A DNA stretch of 64,000 nucleotides, taken from NCBI RefSeq assembly GCF_009914755.1, contig NC_060943.1, one strand, 5' to 3'. This DNA is from the human T2T-CHM13v2.0 reference genome, Homo sapiens. The first letter of the stretch is position 1; each line of letters begins with the position of its first letter. Under the pieces are notes generated by a model. The model ran no database searches, was not told the DNA's origin, and worked only from the letters and a program-made list of their open reading frames with translations. Of this stretch, positions 39,330 to 54,550 are shown in pieces. Position numbers and translations under genes: made by a program.

Positions 39330-39690
39330 GGCCAGGCGCGGTAGCTCATGACTATAATCCCAGCACTTTGGGAGGCTGAGGCAGTCAGATCACCTGAGGT
39401 CAGGAGTTTGAGACCACCTTGACAAACATGGTGAAACCCTGTCTCTACTAAAAAATACAAAAATTAGCCGGGCATAGTGGCGCATACCTGCAACCCTAAC
39501 TACTTAGGAGGCTGAGGCAAGAGCATCTCTTGAACCCAGGAGGTGGAAGTTGCAGTGAGGTGAGACCATGCCACTGTACTCCAGCCTGGGTAACAGAACG
39601 AGACTCTGTGTCAAAAAAAAAAAAAAGGAAGAAAAAAAGAAAGGAAGGAAGAAGGGAAGGAACAAAGGAAGGAAGAAGAAAAAGAAAAGA
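39330..39690 (+). mobile_element. AluS (Sx-like) with GA-rich expanded tail
   Basis: 13-bp TSD aaaactttttctg at 39317-39329 and 39691-39703. Confidence 0.95.
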
Positions 39691-39741
39691 AAAACTTTTT
39701 CTGGATGCTTATATTTGTGATTTTTAAAATTGATTATTGGT

Positions 39742-40072
<331 letters not shown>

Positions 40073-40754
40073 TTAAGAGTATAATTATCATATAATTATA
40101 ATTATAGAGCATTGGTGATCACATTGATTTCATTGGTGTCGAAAATACTAAAATTATTAGTCCAATTAATAATACAATTATAAATAACATCAGTAACAGT
40201 AAAACTGTCACCACATCTGAGATTCTTTTAAAAATAGTGTTTTGCATATTCTTCTAAGATGCCACAGAAGTTTGTGGTTAGTTTTTGATTTAAAAGCCTT
40301 GACTCTTGACCTATTAAATAGGTGAACACTTTGCCAGGGTTTTAAATTAGGAAACTTTCAAATTAGGAACCAAATTTTTCTAAGACTGTAGAGATTTCTA
40401 GTCCTCTTTAAATTTTCTCAGAAAGAGATTTCTGTGCTCATTGCTGACAGAAGTTGTCACTTCACTGACGTCATCGGTGGAATTGAGGACGAATGTAACA
40501 CTTTGTGATCTGATGGTTTCCCTGGACACATTTCAGCCCTACAAGTTGAGAGAAAGTGAGTGCCCACAGTCAGGGGAGGCGCCTGGTGGCTGCAGCCAGC
40601 CTTCGTGTGCACAGGCGTGGAGAAGACGTCCTCTCCAATGGGTAGGGGAATAAAGATCGCAGTTAACAGAATCACATAGCCAGCACTGCCTGAGTGCTGA
40701 TCGTGACCAGCCAATGCTCTAAGGGCGTGGTGTGCACCATCCCTGTAATCCTTT

Positions 40755-40945
40755 TCCAGCTTTATTGAGGTTTAATAGACAAATAGAAATTCTGTATATT
40801 TAAGATGTATCTCTGATGTTAATATAAATATACAATGTGAAATCACCACCACAATCAAGATAATTAGCATATCTATCACCTCACATAGTTACTCTTTTCC
40901 TACTTTATTTTTTTTATTTGTGGTAAGAACATTTAAGATCTATAT
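40755..40945 (-). mobile_element. L1MA-like 3' end
   Basis: cagctttattgagg..caatcaagataattagcatatctatcacctcacatagtta. Confidence 0.85.
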
Positions 40946-40949
40946 ATCT

Positions 40950-41512
40950 ACGTTGTGCACAATAGCCAAGATATGAAAACAACCTAAATGTCCATCGATG
41001 CATGACTGGATAAAGAAATTGCAATATATACATACATACATATGTACACACACACACACAATGGAATATTATGCAGCTGTTTAAAAGAAGGAAATCCTGC
41101 CATTTGCAAGAACATAGATGTAACTGGAGGACATTATGCTAAGTGAAGCAAGCTAGACACAGAAAGACAAATGTTGCATGATTTTTCTTATATGTGAAAA
41201 CTAAAAAAACAAACAAACAAACAAAAAATGTTGAATGCATAGAACCAGAGCTGGGGAGACGTAGGTCAAAGGGTATAAAGCTGCAGTGATGTACGACGAA
41301 TAAATCTAGATGTCTAAATACAGCATGAAGGCTATAGTTAACAATACTCTACTGTATTGAAAACTAAGACAGTAGCTTTTGGGTGCTCTTACCACAAAAA
41401 AAGGTCACCATGCGAGATGATATGTATATTAATTGGCTTCACTGTAGTAACCATCTCATTAAGCAAGCATATATCAGACATCACCTTAAGTATACACAAT
41501 TTTAAAAAAAAA
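40950..41512 (+). mobile_element. L1MA-like 3' end
   Basis: cacaatagccaagatatg..aagaaggaaatcctgccatttgca..ggacattatgctaagtgaa; A tail. Confidence 0.88.
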
Positions 41513-41655
41513 GAAGAGGAGCTTGAAGCTTGCTAAGGTTTTGTCTGCCTAGGTACACACAAAACAGTAAGAGACAAATAGCAGGACTTGACACTAGCCA
41601 CTCTGCAGTCTCCCTCAAAAGACACATTGCCTAGTTCTTTTTCATTTTGTTGTGG

Positions 41656-42532
41656 ATATATATATACACACACATATATATGTGTGCATATATATGTGTG
41701 TGTGTAGATATATATAGATGTGTGTGTAGATATATATAGGTGTGTGTGTATATATGTGTGTGTGTAGATATATATAGGGGTGTGTGTATGTAGATATATA
41801 TAGGGGTGTGTGTATATATGTGTGTGTGTAGATATATGTAGGTGTGTGTGTATATATGTGTGTGTAGATATATATAGGTGTGTGTGTAGATATATGTGTG
41901 TAGATATATATAGGGCTGTGTTTGTATGTGTGTGTAGATATATATAGGTGTGTGTGTATATATATATGTGTGTGTAAATATATAGGTGTGTGTATATATG
42001 TGTGTGTGTAGATATATAGGTGTGTGTATACATATGTGTGTGTATATATAGGTGTGTGTATATATATGTGTGTGTATATATAGGTGTGTGTATATATGTG
42101 TGTATATATATAGATGTGTGTATATATGTGTGTGTGTGTAGATATATGTAGGTGTGTGTATATATGTGTGTGTGTAGATATATAGGTGTGTGTATATGTG
42201 TGTGTGTAGATATATATAGGTGTGTGTATATGTATATATAGATATCTAGATATATGTATCTATAAATATAGATATATATAGGTGTGTGTATATGTGTGTG
42301 TAGATATATATAGGTGTGTGTATATATGTGTGTGTAGATATATAGGTGTGTATATATGTGTGTGTAGATATATATAGGTGTGTGTAGATATATATAGGTG
42401 TGTGTAGATATATATAGGTGTGTGTATATATGCGTGTGTAGATATATATAGGTATGCACATATATGTGTGTGTAGATTATACAGGTGTGTGTATATATGT
42501 GTGTGTGTATATGTGTGTGTGTGTATATATCT
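41656..42532. repeat. Compound (TA)/(TG) minisatellite, about 880 bp
   Basis: Units such as tgtgtagatatatataggtg (three perfect copies at 42361-42420). Confidence 0.95.
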
Positions 42533-42534
42533 AT

Positions 42535-42985
42535 TACCAAGTTATCCATGTCTACATGCTCTGTTCTGTGGCATTAAGCACATTCACATTGTATACAGCC
42601 ATCACCACCATCTATATCTATGTCCAGGGTTTTTTCATCTTCCCAAATTGAAACTCCATAACCAGTAAACAATAACTTCTCATCTCCGACTCTACCTGGC
42701 CCATGGTAACCACCATTGTCCTTTCTGTCTCTATGAATTTGGCTACTCTATGGACATCCCATAAATGGAATCATACATCTCATAAATGGAATACAATCAT
42801 ACCTTGTTCATTTCTATCTGGCTTGTTTCACTTAATATCTTCAAGAGCCATCCATGTTTTTGTCAGAATGTCCTTCCTCTTTAAGGCAGAATCGTATGTC
42901 ATTGTATGTCTACCCCACATTTTGCTTATCTATTCATCCACTGGTGGACGTCTGGGCTGCTTCCACCCTTTGGCTATTGTGCCAC
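42535..42985 (-). mobile_element. L1MB-like 3' end
   Basis: gtggcattaagcacattcacattg..ctttctgtctctatgaatttg..ttccaccctttggctattgtg. Confidence 0.88.
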
Positions 42986-43199
42986 GCCTAGTTCTTGTCC
43001 ATGCGTTGGCCTGATGCTTGGGAGCCAACCTGGTTTCTTGGCAGCCTCTGTTCCTTGTCCCCACTTGGCAACATGGCATGGCCCATGCGGGGAAGAGCTG
43101 CGCGATATGGGGAGAAGCAAAGGGTAAAGGATTCCATGCAACAATCACTAGAGGCGCACTGATTTGTTGCCAAACAGTGTGCTAGGCCCAGTAGAACCA

Positions 43200-43540
43200 T
43201 GGAGAAAGACAAGGCACCATTTACAGGCTAGTAAGATGCGCAAACTCCAGACCATAATTCAAGAAAAAACAAACAAACAAAAAACGCTGCTGTTGAGGCA
43301 CTGGAGAGAGATGGTTTAATTCCACATTGGAGAGGGTTGAGTCAGAGGGGCTTCATGCAAGGGTGGATCTTGATGGGAGCTTGAATGCCGATTGGGATTT
43401 AATAAATAGAAATGGAGGGAAGAGTATTTGCCTAAAGGAGACTATATGAGCAAAACCACAAAACTCAAACGTGGAGAAGGTGAAGATACGAGTTCGGAGG
43501 AGCACAGTAGTCCTGTTTCGTTGCGCAGGAGCACAGTCAA
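43200..43540 (-). mobile_element. L2 fragment
   Basis: gtcagaggggcttcatg..gggaagagtatttgcc..atgagcaaaaccaca. Confidence 0.5.
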
Positions 43541-43867
43541 CTTCTAACGTCAATTACGACCTGAACTTGGGAACTTGTTAAAAATAGCAGTCCTCCCCAC
43601 TTCGTTCCTCTTTCTCTTAGATAAAACCAAGTCTGCATCTATTGAGAATAAAGGCAGTAGGTCAGATGAAGAAGCTGTGTCTGGGAAATTATCTCGTGAA
43701 TTCAAGCAATTAGAGAGGAGGAGAGGTGGTAAACTTCTGTAAAGCTGTTTTGCAAACTAAGTCAGACATTCAAGAAAGCAGGTTAATGGTGCATCCAGTG
43801 ACAACGATGTCAGGGTATATATAGATCTATACCTGCCCGAGCTCACTACAGAATATTGTCACACTCT

Positions 43868-44327
43868 AGTGGACAGCATGTTCATGTCTGCTCAGCATCT
43901 ATTTCCCTGTGTTTGGTAATGCCCCTTGGATTATCCCTGTGCTTTAGGTAAGGCTAATCCTACCTCACTGGCTCGTAGCCACAGGTTATGGGTTCAGGGA
44001 TGAACACGTTGATCCCGGCAGGGCCAGTGGGACTCAAGCCAAGAACTTCCGTTGCAAACGAATGAAAAAGATAAGCTGCTTTTCCGTGGATTTGCCAAGC
44101 TTATGGAAGACAAGCTTGGAGCTGCTGAAGGTCAACTTGCAGAGGCTACTCATGAAGAAAGCCAAGAATCAGAGAGAGACAGGCTCCTGGATCCAGTCAT
44201 GCCTGAAGACACAGCCCTGGATGTATCAGTTATGTAACAAAATATAATAACTCGCAAAATTCGTTTGTCTATCTTTTTATGCTGGTCAGGGTATGTTTTC
44301 TGTGACAGAAGGAGTCCTAATTATATA
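43868..44327 (+). mobile_element. MLT1 (J/K-like) LTR
   Basis: ggttcagggatgaacacg..cttggagctgctg..cctggatccagtcatgcctgaag..gagtcctaattata. Confidence 0.65.
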
Positions 44328-45677
44328 TATCTATTCCCCGCAGAAGTATCCTTTCAAATTCTATGAGCAGAGCCAAGGCACAGGACAGAATTGGCTGCAT
44401 CAGCCCAAAAGATTACTCAGCCAGGTATATCAGAAGCAGAATTCTGATGAAATATGTATGCAGATAATTTTAAAATATTTTTTATATATGAATCTATTTT
44501 AGTCTGAATACTCTCAAGGTGTGTACACAGTTTGAGTTCACCAGATAATGTACCAAATCCAGCTTCTTCAGCTGATCCACTGCTTCTGTTCTCAACAGAC
44601 ACAGACTTTAATCTCATGTAAGGGGAAGAGGAGGAAGTGGAAAGTACACTATCTTTCAGCAAGTCCCCAAGCCAAGGTCACACTCACCTAAGAAGTTAAT
44701 CACTCATTCTGCAGTTAATAAATCACCTTCTGCAAAATTTTGGTAAAAGTGTGGTTTATTTAACATATATAATAGAAATTAAGAAATAAAATTATCTTTA
44801 TTTGCAGGTAACATAATTGTCTACATAGAAAATCTAAGGAATATACAAAGAAGCTACTAGAAGTAATAAGTGAGTTTAACAATGTCACAGAATATATCAA
44901 TAAACAAAATAACAACTGTATTTACATATTGTAGCAACAAATAATTGGAAATTAAAGCTTTATAATATAATCTATTGTACTAACAATATCAAATATACAT
45001 AAAGATAAATTTAACAAAATATGTGTGGGACTAGTAAACAGAAATTACAAAACATTGCAAAAAAAAGACCTGACAAAAAATATATACTATCTTCATAGAC
45101 TTATTATTTTTAACTTGTTAGTTCTCCCCGAGTTAAGTTACAGGTTTAAAACAATATCAATTAAAATTCTAGCAAGCTTTTTAAATTAATGTAAATTGAC
45201 AAAGTGATTCTAAAATTTACTTGTGAAGGCAAAGGCCCTAGAAAAGCCAGAACAATTTTATAAAGAACAAGTTTAGAAGTGTAAGAATACCTTATCTCAA
45301 GGTTTAATACAAAGTAACAGTAAACATTATGGTGTGGCAGGGGCAAAGGAATAGCTGTATAGATCAATAAAACAGAAAAGAATGTCCAGATATAGCAGAC
45401 CCATACATATGTGGTCAATTTATTCTTGACAAAAGAGCCAACGTGATTTATGGGGAAAGAATAATCTCTCAACAAATGACAATTAAACAATTGGATATGT
45501 ATATGGGGGAAAAAATCACAACCCTAAAAGAACTTGAAGTGGATGATGTACCTAAGTGTACAAACTAAAATTAAAAAACTTCTAGAAAAAAAAAAAAAGA
45601 TAAGTATAAACCATTGTGACCTTGGGTTAGGCAAAGAATTTTAAGATACAAAATGTGCAAATCAAAAGAAAATATTG

Positions 45678-45806
45678 GGTCCTGGTGTGGTGTCTCACGC
45701 CTATAATCCCAGCACTTTTGAAGGCCAAGGTGGAAGGATTGCTGCAGCCCAGGAGTTGGAGACCAGCCTAGGAAACATAGTGAGATACCATCTGTACAAA
45801 AAAAGG
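45678..45806 (+). mobile_element. FLAM / Alu left monomer
   Basis: TSD gaaaatattg at 45668-45677 and 45807-45816. Confidence 0.88.
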
Positions 45807-45892
45807 GAAAATATTGATAAAATGGATTTCATCAAAGTTAAATACTTTCAACTCTTCAAAATATATAATTTTAAAAATGAAAAGGCAAGTCA

Positions 45893-46105
<213 letters not shown>

Positions 46106-46294
46106 TTAGATCTCAATGATAAGAAGACAAACAATCCAATGAAAAATAGGCAAAAGATTGGGACAGGTACTTCCCAAAGAAGATATACGAATGGCCAATA
46201 AGCACAGAGAAAAAAGCCCAACATCGTTAGTCAACAGACAAAGGCAAATTAAAGCCACAATGATGTATCACTTGGCAAAAATTAATAAGACTAA

Positions 46295-48190
46295 AACTAC
46301 AGGCATAGGCAACAAAAAAAGCATCAAATTAGACTTCATGAAAACTAAAACATTTCGTGCATGAAAAGAAACTATCAACAGAGTAAAGAGAGATGTGACA
46401 TTGTAAGATGTATATTTGGTCTTTGACACAATTTCCTGATACACAACTTCTAAGATCCTTAGAATCTCAAAAGTGATGGTCTTTTTGTATGCTAATGATT
46501 GACTGGTGGCTGGGGGTCCCTAGGAAGCTTCAGGATGGGGGCTGGTCACTGGAAAAACCAAAGACAGGATTAGAGGAGGGTTAGGACTTTCAGTCCCACC
46601 CACATTATCCAGAGAGGGGAGAGGTGTCGAAGGTTTGAGTTGGTCACAATGGCCAATGGTCAGTGGTTTAATCAATGCCTGTGTATTGAAGCCTCCAGAG
46701 AAACCCAAAAGGACAGGGATCAGGGGGCTTCCAGTTAGTGGAACACCTGGAGGTTTCTGGAAGGTGGCATGACCAGGGAAGGCATAGAATCTCTGCACCT
46801 CTTCCCCTACATCTTGCCCTACACATCTTTTCATCTGCACACTTTGCAATATCCTTTACAAAAAATAGGTAAAAGTTTCCCTGATTTTTGTGAGCCACTC
46901 TAGAAAATTAGTTAACCCCAAAGAGGAAGTCATGGGAGCCTCAACTTGAATGCCATCAGTCAGAAGTTTCAGAGGTCCGGACTTAACAACTCGTATCTGA
47001 AGAGGAGGTAGTCTTGTGGGACTGAGCCTGTGGGATCTGATGCCGTCTCCAGGTCGACGGCATTGGAATTGAATTAGAGAACACCCAGCTGTGTCCACTG
47101 CAGAATGGATTGCTTGTTTGGTGTGTGGGGAAAAACTTCCACATATTTGATGACAGAAGACTTCTGTGTTGATTGATATAGGGGGAGAGCAGAGGAAGAA
47201 ACAGCTTGAGGTTTTCTCCCCTCAAAAGGCAATCCACATAATGGGAGAAAATACTTGCAAATTATATATCTGATAAAAGATTAGTATCCCTATTCCACAG
47301 AGAACTTCTAAAACTCAACAGCAAAAACCAACCTGATTAAAAAATAAGCAAAGGAATTGAAAAGGCATTTCTCCAATGAAGATATACTAATGGCCAATAA
47401 GTACATGAAAAGATGCTCAATATCACTAATCATTAGGGAAAGGCAAATCAAACTACAATAAGATACCAACTCACACCTGTTAGGAGGGATACTATTAATA
47501 TAACAGAAAATAAGTACTGGCGAAGATGAGAAAATGGAATTCTTGTGCACTGTTCTTGGGAATGCGAAATGGTTTAGCCAATGTGGAAAACAGTATGGTA
47601 GTTCTTCAAAAGACTAAATACAGAATTACCCTATTCAGATTCAACGATTCCGTTTCTGAGTATATAACCCAAAAGACTTGAGAGCAGGGTCTTAAAGAGA
47701 TATTTTTGCACACCCATGTTTCGAGCAGCATTATTCACAATAGCTAAAACATGACAGCAACCCACAGTCATTGATGAATGAATGGATAAGCAAAATGTGG
47801 TTTATGCCTACAATGACTTATTATTCAGCCTTTTATAAAAGGACATCTGACACATACTACAACATGGATGAACCTTGAGGGAGTTATACTAAGTGAAATA
47901 AACCAGTCACAAAAAGAAAAATACTGTATAATTTCACTTCATAAGGCAGAATAGTCAAAATCTTAGAAACAGAAGGTAAAATGGTAATTGCTGGGGCTGG
48001 GGAAGGTGGGAATAGGGAGTCGCTGTTTAATAGGTACAGAGTTTCAGTTTTGAGAAATTAAAAGAGTTCTCGAGATGATTGGTGGTGATGGCTGCACAAC
48101 CATATGAATGTGCTTAGTACTACTGAATCGTGCACTTAAAAATGGTTAAGATGGTCAATGTTATGTTATGAATATTTTTCCACAATGTTT
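46295..48190 (+). mobile_element. L1MB-like 3' region split by MER21
   Basis: ttagacttcatgaaaactaaaac..aatgggagaaaatacttgcaaa..cacttaaaaatggttaagatggt. Confidence 0.85.
46394..47224 (+). mobile_element. MER21-like ERVL LTR
   Basis: tg..ca termini; ttttgtatgctaatga..agcttcaggatgggggctggtcac..tgggatctgatgccgtctccagg. Confidence 0.85.
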
Positions 48191-48933
48191 GATTGAAAAT
48201 ATCAAATGTAGGAGAGAAAGGGGAGTAACTGGAACCCTTATTTGTTGCTGGTGGGATATAAAACAATCTATTTGGAAAACAGTTTCTTACAAAATTACAC
48301 ATATTTGTCCAGTGTATTGAATTCAGAATATTTTATTGAATATATTTACCCAGCATATTAAACACATACCTAACATTTCCCATTAAAATGAAGACATATG
48401 TCCACACAAAAATGCTTACACACATGTCCATAGAAGCTTTATTTGATGGATCAAAATGGAAACAACAGAAATATCCATCAATAGGTGAATGGACAAATTG
48501 TGTTATATCCATATAATGGAATATCACTCAATTAATAAAACTGAATGATCCTCATGAATCTTATAATCATTATTTTTGGTGACACAAAAGGTTGCACATT
48601 GTATGAGTCCGTTTATAGAACATTCTGAGAACAAACAAAAAGCCAGGGACAGTGGTGAGGAGAAGAATTGAAGCAGGTGGCATGAGGACACTTTTTGCAG
48701 TGCTGTGAATATTCATATCGCGATTGTGTTGGTGGTTACAGAACTGTATATATTAGTCAAAGGCCATAGTGCTCTTCATCCAAAAAGGTGACTTTTTGGT
48801 ACAAAAAAGTATATGCAAGAAATCTGGGTTTTAAAAAGAGTCTCAAAACAAGTATATAGAGAAAATTTAAAGTTTTTTGGGGGAAAAATGCAAACCTGTG
48901 TTTCTGGATTAAAAAAAACTCAAAGATGCTCAT

Positions 48934-49367
48934 TGTTTTAGTCCATTTTGTTGTTCTTAGTCCATGTTGCTATAAAGGAATACCTGAGACTGGGTAATGT
49001 ACAAAGAAAAGAGGTTTCTTTGGCCCATGGTTCCGCAGGCTGTACAAACATGGCCCCAGCATCTGCTCAGCTTTTGGTGAAGCCTCAGGAAGCTTTTACT
49101 CAAGGCAGAAGGTGGAGGGGGAGCAGGTGTGTCTTATGGTAAGAGAGGAAGCAAGAGAGCAAGGAGCAGGTGCCAGGCTCCTTTAAACAACCAGCTCTCA
49201 TGTGAACACACAGAGCGAGAACTCCCTCATCATGGCGGGGAGAGCACCAAGCCATCCATCAGGAATCCGCCCCCAATGACCTAACACCTCCCATCAGGCT
49301 CCACCTTCAACATCAGAGGTCACATTTCAACAAGAAATTTGGACGCACACACATCTAAGCCATATCA
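48934..49367 (-). mobile_element. MSTB-like solo LTR inside an L1 fragment
   Basis: tgttgctataaaggaatacctgagactgggtaat..ccatatca; TSD ctcat/ctaat. Confidence 0.9.
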
Positions 49368-49589
49368 CTAATTCTTTCCAAATTAACGTATTCGACTTTT
49401 GTGATTCTAAACAAATCTTAACAGAACTTTGTGGGGGACAGATGAAACTTGACAAAACGATTCTCAAATTTACATGGGAAAGTTAATTGCTTATAATGCC
49501 AGAGAAAGTTGAGTAAAATAAAATAATGAGGGAAAACTATTTTTTTTTACTCCACATACACCCGTGTGTAGTGATTTCCAACCTGGGTT

Positions 49590-49645
49590 ATGTGTGCATG
49601 TGTGTGTGTGTGTAAATGTGTGTGTGTGCACATAGGTGTGTACAT
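49590..49645. repeat. (TG)n degenerate microsatellite
   Basis: Read directly. Confidence 0.85.
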
Positions 49646-50429
49646 TTATTTTGTTGTGGGCAACAGTCACAGTTTGAAGAAAGGATAAAATGGTGGTTGC
49701 TAAGTCCTATTGTTCTTTGTTTTTAAAAATAATATAGTTTTTAAATTATGCAGTAAATGATGAAGAGATTCTTTTATGCATCTGAAAAGATAAAAAAATG
49801 AGCTTAATTTTTTTTAAAAGAAAGCCTTCTTTACCCAAAGTAACTGAATTAAATAACGGGATGAATGTAATTTTTTTACATGTCAGGAAATAAAGTAAAT
49901 ATTTACCTAAACTTGAAATGTAAACTAATTTTAAAGAATGGTGGCAAAAATATGATGCTTTTCAACCTCTATTCTTTTTGCTTCTCTGCGCACAGTGATG
50001 TGCTCAGGCGTCATGCTAAGCATTTGGGCAGAGGGTTCCACAATAAAAGAAGTTTTTCTTTTTTTTTTAAATTTGCCTTTCTTTCTATATAGAATTCAAC
50101 AATATATAAAATTATAAAGAAAAAAGTAAGAATCCTCTGAAGTCTCACACCTTTGAAATAACCATTAATAACACTTGGAATAAGCTTTTTATTATAGATT
50201 TTCTTTATTCATAGAAACATACATATGTGTAAACTTTGTAAAAATGGAATAATATCACACGTGCTCCATGCTCACCCTTTCTAACAACCCACATATTTCT
50301 TCATACTCCTATAATTCTATGAACACCTATACACAAAATTCTCCAAAATTCTATTTGTATGTGTACATGCATTTATATACATGTACTCTTTGGAAGATTT
50401 TCTATTATTTGATTTACAGGAATGGAATA

Positions 50430-50910
50430 TCTTCCATTCTTTCTGCATTTTAATTTCTTGCTTAACAATACCTTATAGCAGCTCCTCAAAGTCACAGAGT
50501 GTAGCTCGAATCCCTTCTTTGCCCTGGCTCCATGCCATTCCATACTGAAGGCATAGTCCTCTCTTTTTGGCCATTTTGGTTGGTAAGCATTTGCTCTGTT
50601 TTCAGTTTTGGGGCCAGTGCAAACGATGCTACAATAAACCTCTGTATGCCTGTCCTTATGGATTTGTTCTTTCAGTTCCATGGGGTAATTTCACAGGAGG
50701 GCAATTGTAGGGTTGGATGGTAGATATATTTTTTAATGTTGAAATGATGTTGCCAGACTGCATTCCCAAAAGGTTATTTTCACCAGCAACCTGTGACAAT
50801 ATCTCCTTTCTTCAAGCCTGTCAATATTAGTCAATAGTACATATTTTTATTTTTGAATATAAAATATCATTATTCATCTAAGTGACATTTCTTTGACCAC
50901 TGTTGAATTA
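50430..50910 (-). mobile_element. Old L1ME fragment
   Basis: tgttttcagttttggggc..aaacgatgctacaataaac..tgccagactgcattcccaaaagg. Confidence 0.65.
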
Positions 50911-51009
50911 CCTTAAATGTCAAAACAGTAAAACATTTCAGTATCAAGAATTATACAGAAATATTGACAGTGACTATTGGTAGCATACATTTTTCTTGAA
51001 TGTCCTACC

Positions 51010-51530
<521 letters not shown>

Positions 51531-51544
51531 CTAGAAAATACAAG

Positions 51545-52680
51545 TTAAAAGATTAAAACATTGAAATATGCACTTATCTTTTTTCTGATATATCTAAAAA
51601 TCTCATGATATTTTATTAAGAAAAAAACTACTAGAAATAATAAGAACTTTTTTCAGGTAACTACATATAAGCTAAATATACAAAAATCAATAGCTCCTTT
51701 ACTTAGTACTAAGCACTTGGAATATAAATTAGGTAAAAGTTCATATACACTAACAACAAAAATGGCAAAATGCTAAAGAATAAATTTAATGGAAAAGCTA
51801 TATAACATATCCAACACAAATTTTAAATTGTAATAAAAAGAATAAAACAAAACCAAATACCTAGAAACGTATACTATACTCTTGGACAAGAAGATATATT
51901 ATCATATACATCAATTCATCTAAAATTAACTTATAAATTTTATCAATTCTAACTAGATTTCCAAGAGGTTAAAATGATCCTTGAATTCATATTGAAGAAT
52001 ATACCTAAAATGTACTAAAAATATATAAGAATAAAGTGAGTGAGGCTTAATTTATGCACTACTGTTATCTTCTCAAGAGCCATTGTAGTAAAGTTAACAT
52101 GGTGTGGACGTAAGAAGAGACAAATTGGTTTATGGAAATTAATTAAAAATCTAGACTTTGATCCCAGTATATGCAAAGTTAAGAGCTGACAAATATAGAG
52201 TTTTACTTAATGTGAAAAAATAGACCATTTAATGAATAATGCTGGCAAAATTCATTATCTTTATAAAATAAAATTTTAAACTTTTATTCCATTACCATAG
52301 GCAACAATAAATTTCAAGATAAAAGGCTCAGATAAAACAAAAGAATCTTATGATAAAAATCAGAAGACACTCATACAATCCAGGGGTCAATGTAGTCTTC
52401 CTAAATAAGAATAGAAACTCAGATTCTTAAAAATTAAAGGGAGGTTATATCTCTCTTAATATAAATTTAAAGCATTTGTTTGACAAAATACACAGTAAAC
52501 GAAGTCAACACACAAATGATACTGTAGAAAATAATCTTTGAAACAAGGCTAATCTCCACACTGCATAATAAAAACTCAAGCAAACTAATCAGAAGAAGGC
52601 AAACAAGCCAATTTCAAAAAGAAAATAAGGAGGAATCATGATGAGAAAATTTACAAATCTAACCCAGACCCTGAACAAAA
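51545..52680 (+). mobile_element. Old L1M ORF2 fragment
   Basis: aaaaactactagaaataataag..aaatatacaaaaatcaatagc; very AT-rich. Confidence 0.7.
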
Positions 52681-52880
52681 TTAGAGAAGATGTACAAGTC
52701 CCCTCTTGTTGACGTCCTCGACTAGCTCTGCCTCTCCTTTGTTTCTGGTGTTCGTCTACAGTTTCTAGGAACATAGGAGAAAAATCATCACTGCCACAGC
52801 AACAGAATGCAGAGGAACATATGATAGGTTTCCCATTATTCAGATTGACAACTGCATGTCAAATAATCAAAAGCAAAAGA

Positions 52881-53233
<353 letters not shown>

Positions 53234-53829
53234 TTAATTCTGTGGGCCAGATAAGGAGGGTGAACACCATCTTACAGCTTACACCAGAGCCAGATCCCCT
53301 AAATCTACTACAGATGCTGCGGTCTCAGAGCCTTGGTAAACTGGGCTTCAAAGGGGCCTAAGGACCTGTCTTCCTCAACCCTTGCTTGGACCTGCTTGAA
53401 CTCCTTCCCTCAGCCTCCCTGATGGGTGATTGTCCAACGTCCATTTGATCATCAGCCCCAATTAGTAAGGAACTCACTCTCCCCGACAATGTAAGAAGAA
53501 AGGCTTTCTCATTCTGAACCCACAATTGCTTCCCTCCAAGTTCTGTGTTCTCAGACCCCCAAATCTCCCAGGGGGTTCCTGTCATCTGCACAGCAGGGAT
53601 GCTTTATTCTATGGGAATCTTTGAGCAAGTCTGACCAGTGGGATAAACGCACGTTTGGCCTCGCCTTGGACAGATGGCCGTGGTGAGTTTCCGTAACATG
53701 CCAACACCTCACCTGATCCTCAGAGGTGGCCATCTCTGGGTCTCACTCAGCTCCTGAACTATCCAGGTCACCACACTCACCTAAGACAAGGTAGAAAAAT
53801 CAACTTCTAAGCCCCAACTTAGATGCGCT

Positions 53830-53920
53830 TCATCAGCGTCCCTGGGCTCATCGGTCCGGCGTTCGTATTTCAAAATGCTCCCAGGTGATTCTGACCCTCA
53901 GCTGGTTTTGAAAAGCCCTA
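53830..53920. mobile_element. MER5-like fragment
   Basis: gctcccaggtgattctga..ttttgaaaagcc. Confidence 0.45.
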
Positions 53921-54206
53921 GCTCAGAGGAGCTCAAACCCAGGCATCTTCAGAAAACTACCAACACACTTTGATTAGGATTGGAAATCCCAACTTTCTGG
54001 CTACCGATAGTGTTAAACTGCTGATGTTTCCCATGGCCCTTTCTTGTTTGTAAAGTACGTTCTCCAAAACCGAATTTGAGAGTCATAACAGCTCATCAAG
54101 GGATGCTTCTTACCTATGAAGACAGTGAGTCACTGAGCCCTACTGGGTGTAACAGTTTCAGGACACCATATGTGCAAATCAGCCACTTTCTTTCTCTAGA
54201 ACTTAA

Positions 54207-54550
<344 letters not shown>

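Noticed and set aside
40466-40473. Perfect CRE TGACGTCA
   Set aside because: A single 8-mer with no supporting context
40755-41512. Twin-priming L1 inversion
   Set aside because: Both pieces include L1 3' termini facing outward, which fits two independent insertions better
41533-42549. 338-aa ORF, the longest in the track
   Set aside because: Translation of the TA/TG minisatellite; low-complexity Y/T/H/I with no domain
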